A stretch of DNA of 64,000 bases from an uncultured delta proteobacterium. Lineage in GTDB: Bacteria > Myxococcota > Myxococcia > Myxococcales > Anaeromyxobacteraceae. Made by a program: the position numbers and the translations under genes. The notes beneath the pieces were generated by a model. The model was not told the origin of the DNA. It made no database searches and saw nothing but the letters and a program-made list of their open reading frames with translations. The DNA is taken from positions 224,001-288,000 of the forward strand of contig CAWFDF010000012.1 in assembly GCA_963814585.1 (NCBI GenBank), given 5' to 3'. This document shows positions 58,270 to 64,000 of the stretch, piece after piece; position 1 is the first letter of the stretch; each line of letters begins with the position of its first letter.

Positions 58270-59165
58270 GCCGTCGGCCTCGCCTTCCTGCGCTCGCGCC
58301 AGACCAGCCCCGCGATCAGCCCGCCCAGCGCCACCACCGCGGCGGCGCCGCCCAGGCGGAGCATGCCGAAGGCAAAGGGCTGGTACTTGCGGGAGGCGGG
58401 GTCATAGCGGAAGCAGGTGAGGATGAGCTTGTCGAAGCTGGTGCCGATCCGGCCGCCGGCGGCCTCGACCAGCGAGAGGCGGAAGTCCTTGGGGGGGAAC
58501 TCGATGCCGTACAGGTAGCGGGAGACCTGCCCGTCGGGGGTGAGGACGAAGATCGACGCCATGTGCGCCCACTCGCCGGTGGCGGCGTCCTTGGCGTAGT
58601 GGAAGCCGACGGCGTCGCTGACCCGCCTGGCGGCGCCACCCCGGTCGACCCAGAAGCGCCAGGCCCCGGACCCCTCCGCCAGCCCGATCGACTGCAGGTA
58701 GCCGCGCTGCCGCTCGCGGGCCAGCGGCGGCTGCTCCTCGGGGTCGAAGGAGATGGTGAGGGCGGTGAAGTCCTGGCCGGGCTCGAGCCCGCTCTCCCGC
58801 ATGGCGCGAGCCATGCCCGACATGATCAGGCCGCAGAGCATGGGGCAGTCGTAGTAGACCAGCGCCAGCACCACCGGCTTGCCCTGCCCGAACACCGACC
58901 CGAGCTGGACCGGCTGGCCGGCGGCGTCGGTGAAGGTGGCGTCGAGCGGGAGCCGGGCGCCGAGCTGCTCGTCGACGCGCACCTCCTCGAGCACCGCCGG
59001 GGTGACGTCGACCGGGGTGGCGGCCATCCCCTTCGACTTCCAGAAGTCGGCCCGGGCCGGGGCGGCCAGGGCGAGGAGCGCGGCCAGCACGGCGGCGGGC
59101 CTCCCCGCGAGGGCCGGCATCGTCCGCCGCAGGAGGCCGGGGGTGGTGGGAGGCGCGCTCGTCAC
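58266..59165 (-). CDS. SCO1/SenC-family protein
   Basis: YYDCPMLC (CxxxC), ISFDP.E, AH; C-terminal TM. Confidence 0.88.
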   Translation of the reverse strand: MTSAPPTTPGLLRRTMPALAGRPAAVLAALLALAAPARADFWKSKGMAATPVDVTPAVLEEVRVDEQLGARLPLDATFTDAAGQPVQLGSVFGQGKPVVLALVYYDCPMLCGLIMSGMARAMRESGLEPGQDFTALTISFDPEEQPPLARERQRGYLQSIGLAEGSGAWRFWVDRGGAARRVSDAVGFHYAKDAATGEWAHMASIFVLTPDGQVSRYLYGIEFPPKDFRLSLVEAAGGRIGTSFDKLILTCFRYDPASRKYQPFAFGMLRLGGAAAVVALGGLIAGLVWRERRKARPTA

Positions 59166-59659
59166 GGGCGCGCTCCTCCCCGGGCCCTGGACGCGGCCGC
59201 AGGGGTGGCCGGCGCGGCGGCCGGGGTGGCGCCGGGCGCGTCGACCCCGCCGTTGGCGGCGCCGATGGGCGGCGGCGGCGGCGCCTGCCCGGCCGGCACC
59301 CGGACCCCCTGCGCCACCAGCTCCATGGCCCTGGCGATGGGGAGGTGGATGATGCCCGCCTGGCGGTCGACCCAGCCGTAGCCGTCGAGGTGCGCCTGGC
59401 GCGCCGCCCGGTCTCGGGCGCCGCGGAGGTTGGTGTCGAAGAGCTGCTGCTCGACCAGGCCGATCTTGGTCTGCCCCACCTCGGGGGGCAGGACCGCCTG
59501 CGGCGTGACCGCGTTGCTGTGGCGGACCCAGGCGACGCTGAGGGCGCCGGCCAGCAGGAAGATGGCCAGGGCCCCGAAGCCGACCGTCAGCACGGCCCGG
59601 GAGTCGACCCGGTCGTTCTCGGAGCGGGGGTGGCCGCCGTCGTGGGCAGGGTGGCTCAT
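59162..59659 (-). CDS. Single-TM accessory protein of the ACIII/oxidase operon (ActG-like)
   Basis: One TM, YGWVD....I.LPI.RAM motif, position between actF and sco. Confidence 0.65.
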   Translation of the reverse strand: MSHPAHDGGHPRSENDRVDSRAVLTVGFGALAIFLLAGALSVAWVRHSNAVTPQAVLPPEVGQTKIGLVEQQLFDTNLRGARDRAARQAHLDGYGWVDRQAGIIHLPIARAMELVAQGVRVPAGQAPPPPPIGAANGGVDAPGATPAAAPATPAAASRARGGARP

Positions 59660-60837
59660 TGCGGCTGGTACCTCAGCGACTCCTCGAGATACGGGTCGCA
59701 CACCGGCACGGTGGCGGCGCCACGCATGCGGAAGACCAGGAACGCCAGGGCCAGGCCGCCCACCCCGACGAAGGCGGTCAGGTCGAGCCAGGAGGGCCTG
59801 GGTCCGGCCTCGTGGATGCGGGGCATGATCACCCAGTGCAGGTCGACGAAGTGGACCAGGAGCAGCCAGGCGGCCACCGCGGCCAGCCGGCGCGGGTCCC
59901 GCTTCAGGTCGCGCGAGAGGAGCAGGAAGAAGGGGATGGCGAAGTGGGCGATGGCCAGGAAGATGCCGACCCGCCCCCAGGGGGAGTCGGTCCGGACCAC
60001 GTACCAGGGGATCTCCTCCGGGATGTTGGCGATCCAGATCAGCATGAACTGGGAGAAGGCGATGTAGGCCCAGAAGGCGGTGAAGGCGAGGAGGAACTTC
60101 CCCAGCGAGTGGACGTGATCGGCGTTGAGGTGGTGGCCGAACTGGCCGGGGTCGGACCGGGTCGCCGCGGTGGCGATGACCAGCACCGCGAAGCAGGCCA
60201 GGAAGCTGCCGGCGAACCAGTAGACCCCGAAGATGGTGGAGAAGAAGCGGGGGTCGAGCGACATCATCCAGTCGAAGGACGCGAAGGAGAGCGTGAGCGC
60301 GAGGATGGGCAGGGCGCCGGTGCCGAGGCGGCGCTGCCAGGAGGTGAGCAGGTGCCCGCCGACGGTGTCCTGCCGCACGCTCCAGCGGCGCAGCAGGGTG
60401 GCCACGGCGATCCAGACCGTGAAGTAGATGGCGGCGCGGGCCACGAAGAACGGCACGTTCAGGTAGGGGCGCTTGTGCTGGATGGCGTGGAGCAGCTCGC
60501 CGGTGGCGCCGGACGGGTCGACCCAGCTGAAGAGGTGGCGCATGCCCAGCGCGATGGGGATGAAGAGGACCGCGAAGAGCGGCAGCGTCTGCGGGATGGT
60601 CTCGAGGAAGCGCCGCAGCACCACCGGCCAGCGGGCCTTGGCGGCGTGGAGCGCGCCCAGCAGGATGAGCGACCCCAGCGCGATGCCGACCCAGTAGACG
60701 AAGGCCACCAGGTAGGAGGCCAGCGCCTGGCGCGGCTCGGCCAGGCCGCCGAGCGCGGTCAGGCCGAGCCCGGCCACGCCGACCGCGCCGGCCAGGACGA
60801 CGAGGCGGCGGCCGCCCTGGAAGATGGTGGCGGTCAT
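59656..60837 (-). CDS. actF: Alternative complex III subunit F
   Basis: Polytopic; K.PYLN.PFF, DW.MSL.P.FFSTIFG, FWAY..FSQFMLIW.AN.PEE..WY. Confidence 0.88.
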   Translation of the reverse strand: MTATIFQGGRRLVVLAGAVGVAGLGLTALGGLAEPRQALASYLVAFVYWVGIALGSLILLGALHAAKARWPVVLRRFLETIPQTLPLFAVLFIPIALGMRHLFSWVDPSGATGELLHAIQHKRPYLNVPFFVARAAIYFTVWIAVATLLRRWSVRQDTVGGHLLTSWQRRLGTGALPILALTLSFASFDWMMSLDPRFFSTIFGVYWFAGSFLACFAVLVIATAATRSDPGQFGHHLNADHVHSLGKFLLAFTAFWAYIAFSQFMLIWIANIPEEIPWYVVRTDSPWGRVGIFLAIAHFAIPFFLLLSRDLKRDPRRLAAVAAWLLLVHFVDLHWVIMPRIHEAGPRPSWLDLTAFVGVGGLALAFLVFRMRGAATVPVCDPYLEESLRYQPQ

Positions 60838-61415
60838 CGGGCTTCTCCTTGGAGCTTCTGCAGGGCCTCGGGCGGCACCTGCGCGGCGCTGGCGTGCTGC
60901 GAGAGCTGCAGCGCCCGGACGTAGCCGACCACGCCCCAGCGCTCCTCCGGGGTGAGCTCGGCCGCGTAGCTGGGCATGAGCCCGAAGCCCTGCGAGACGA
61001 CCTGGAAGAGGTAGCCGTCGGGGACGTCTCGGTAGAGGTGCAGGCTGGGCGGCTTGCGCAGCGCCATGTTCAGCGCCACCTGGCTCTGCCCATCACCGAC
61101 CAGGCCGTGGCACACGGCACAGTGGATGTCGAACTTCTTGCGCCCCGTGGCCAGCAGCTTGGGGGCGAGCGGGAGCGGCGCCAGCTGGAGCGGCTTGCCG
61201 TCGGGGCCGATCCCGCGCTGCAGCGCCGGATCGCCCACCGAGCCGAAGGGGACGGTGCCGGCTGGCGGCGCCCGCATGGCCAGGCCGTCGGGGTGGAACT
61301 CGCTCGACTGGTAGGCCTTGTACTTGGCCTGGCGCTGCATCGGATCCAAGCCCGGGCAGCCGGCCAGGAAGGCCAAGGAGGCGACGGCGAGGAGGAGGCC
61401 GGCAGGGCGGGTCAC
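60834..61415 (-). CDS. actE: Alternative complex III monoheme cytochrome c lipoprotein
   Basis: Lipobox LAGC, M..Q.K, MRAPP.GTVP, CAVCHG, G.GLMPSY. Confidence 0.88.
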   Translation of the reverse strand: MTRPAGLLLAVASLAFLAGCPGLDPMQRQAKYKAYQSSEFHPDGLAMRAPPAGTVPFGSVGDPALQRGIGPDGKPLQLAPLPLAPKLLATGRKKFDIHCAVCHGLVGDGQSQVALNMALRKPPSLHLYRDVPDGYLFQVVSQGFGLMPSYAAELTPEERWGVVGYVRALQLSQHASAAQVPPEALQKLQGEAR

Positions 61416-61936
61416 GAGGCGTCCTCCACGATCTCGACCTGGCGCGCGCCCAGCCCGCGCAGGCGGGCGGCCGTGCCGTCGGCCGCCTCGGCGCTCACCG
61501 CGGCCGACAGCCAGAGGCCGTCCACCGAGGCGCTCCGAAAGGCCTCCACCTCGAAGACCGGGTGGTGCAGCCGCGGCATGCCCCAGAGCACGAACAGGCC
61601 GAAGAAGATGGAGAGGGTCGCGAAGAGCACGCCCAGCTCGAAGGTGACCGGGATGAAGGCCGGGGGGCTGTGGGGCGGGCGGCCGCCCACGTTGATGGGC
61701 CAGTCCACGCCCACCATGAACCACTGCATCAGGTAGCCGGAGCTGGCGCCGAGCAGGCCCGCCACCAGGGCGATGCGCGGCACCACCGACTTCTTCAGCC
61801 CCAGCGCCTCGTCGGCGCCGTGGAGCGGCACCGGCGAGTGGAGGTCGAGGTCGGCCTGCCCCTCGGCCCGCAGGGCCCGGGCCGCCTCCAGCAGCGGCGC
61901 CTCGGCGGCGAACTCGGCGACCACGTAGCGCTTCAC
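61412..61936 (-). CDS. actD: Alternative complex III subunit D (DUF3341-like)
   Basis: AEF, SP.P.HG...[21 protein letters not shown]. Confidence 0.88.
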   Translation of the reverse strand: MKRYVVAEFAAEAPLLEAARALRAEGQADLDLHSPVPLHGADEALGLKKSVVPRIALVAGLLGASSGYLMQWFMVGVDWPINVGGRPPHSPPAFIPVTFELGVLFATLSIFFGLFVLWGMPRLHHPVFEVEAFRSASVDGLWLSAAVSAEAADGTAARLRGLGARQVEIVEDAS

Positions 61937-63350
61937 GGCGTCACCTCCCGGTGCGCGGCGTGGCCGGCGGCGTGGGCGTCGTGGTGGTCGAGCTCCCGGC
62001 GAAGCTCCTTGACCTCGGCGATGGGCACCACCGGCAGGAAGCGGAGGAAGAGCAGGAAGAGCACGCCGAAGGTGCAGATGGAGCCGAAGAGCAGGCCCCA
62101 GTCGACCCAGGTGGGCGTGTACATCGACCAGCTGGCGGGGAGGAAGTCGCGGTGGAGCGAGACGGCGATGATCATGAACCGCTCGGCCCACATGCCGATG
62201 TTGACGAGGATGGAGACGGCGAAGAGCACCACCAGGTTCCGGCGCATCGACGGGAACCAGAAGACCTGCGGCGCCAGCACGTTGCAGACGAGCTGCATGT
62301 ACCAGACGGGCGCGTAGGGGCCGGTCCAGCGGTTGAGGAAGGCGAAGGCCTCGTACTTGTTGCCCCCGTACCAGGCCATGAAGTGCTCCATGGCGTAGCC
62401 GTAGGAGACCATCATCCCGGTGGCCAGGATCACCTTGGCCATGTTGTCGAGGTGCTTCATGGTGACGACGTGCTCGATCCCGAGGACCTTGCGGGCCGGG
62501 ATCATCAGGGACACCACCATGGCGAAGCCGGAGAAGATGGCCCCGGCCACGAAGTAGGGCGGGAAGATGGTGGTGTGCCAGCCGGGCAGCTGGGAGATGG
62601 CGAAGTCGAAGCTGACCACGGTGTGGACCGAGACCACCAGCGGCGTGCCCAGGCCGGCCATGAGCAGGTAGCCGATCCGGTAGTGCTGCCAGGCCCGGGC
62701 CGAGCCGCGCCAGCCGAAGGCGAAGAGGCCGTAGAGGGTCCGCTTCAGCCTGGTGGGCGCGGTGTCGCGCAGCGTGGCCAGGTCGGGGATCAGCCCGAGG
62801 AACCAGAAGAGGAAGGACAGGGTGGCGTAGGTGGAGATGGCGAAGACGTCCCAGGGCAGCGCGCTCTTGAAGTTGGGCCAGAGCCCCAGGGTGGCCGGGT
62901 ACGGCATCAGCCACCAGAAGAACCAGGGCCGGCCGAGGTGGATGATGGGGTAGATGCCGGCCATGGCCACCGCGAAGAGCGTCATGGCCTCGGCGAAGCG
63001 GTTGATGGAGGTGCGCCACTTCTGCTGGAAGAGGAGCAGGATGGCGCTGATCAGGGTGCCGGCGTGGCCGATGCCGATCCACCAGACGAAGTTGGTGATG
63101 TCGAAGGCCCACGCCACCGGGATGTTGTTGCCCCAGGCGCCGATGCCGACCACCAGGGTGGTCCCGAGCGAGAGCAGCCAGAAGCCCATCCCCGCGGCCA
63201 GCGCGGTGAAGAGCAGCTTCCACCCCCGCGTGGTGGGGGCGTAGAGCGGCTCGACCAGCGCCTCGGTGAGGGCGCGGTCGTCGGGCCGGCCGACCAGGAC
63301 CGGGACGGGCTCGAGCGGGTCGAGGACGGCGGCGGTGGCGGGCTTCACGC

Positions 63351-63354
<4 letters not shown>
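61933..63354 (-). CDS. actC: Alternative complex III quinol-binding subunit (NrfD family)
   Basis: [58 protein letters not shown]. Confidence 0.93.

Positions 63355-64000
<646 letters not shown>

Overview
Very GC-rich bacterial chromosomal window. Gene content and protein style (Ser/Thr kinase-TolB-TPR, Cys-rich lipoproteins, sigma54 regulators, ACIII-caa3) suggest Myxococcota, probably Anaeromyxobacter-like; this is inference. In order, it holds two ABC-2 exporter loci flanking a membrane kinase, and a divergent histidine kinase/NtrC pair with a sigma54 promoter. A damaged mosaic block follows at ~10.8-15.1 kb, with at least 8 single-base indels and two gene-to-gene junctions, probably assembly error. 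Then come pruA, ABC-F, tpx, a HelD-like ATPase, an OFA-type MFS, a beta-barrel plus CsgG/DUF4810/DUF799-like lipoprotein operon, and hybOABC hydrogenase behind an FNR-like box. Next are an ECF sigma / ZAS anti-sigma / exported caspase / RCC1 lipoprotein operon, gltBD, system II cytochrome c biogenesis genes, a degenerate sigma54 activator, and the distal part of an alternative complex III + caa3 oxidase operon. The best candidate for an undescribed system is the 32.6-36.8 kb operon. It encodes a signal-peptide caspase with a C-terminal beta-barrel that shares Lys-Gly linker motifs with the adjacent anti-sigma factor, suggesting proteolytic trans-envelope signalling. No rRNA, tRNA, CRISPR array or IS element was recognised. 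All family calls come from motif recognition by eye; no database searches were run.
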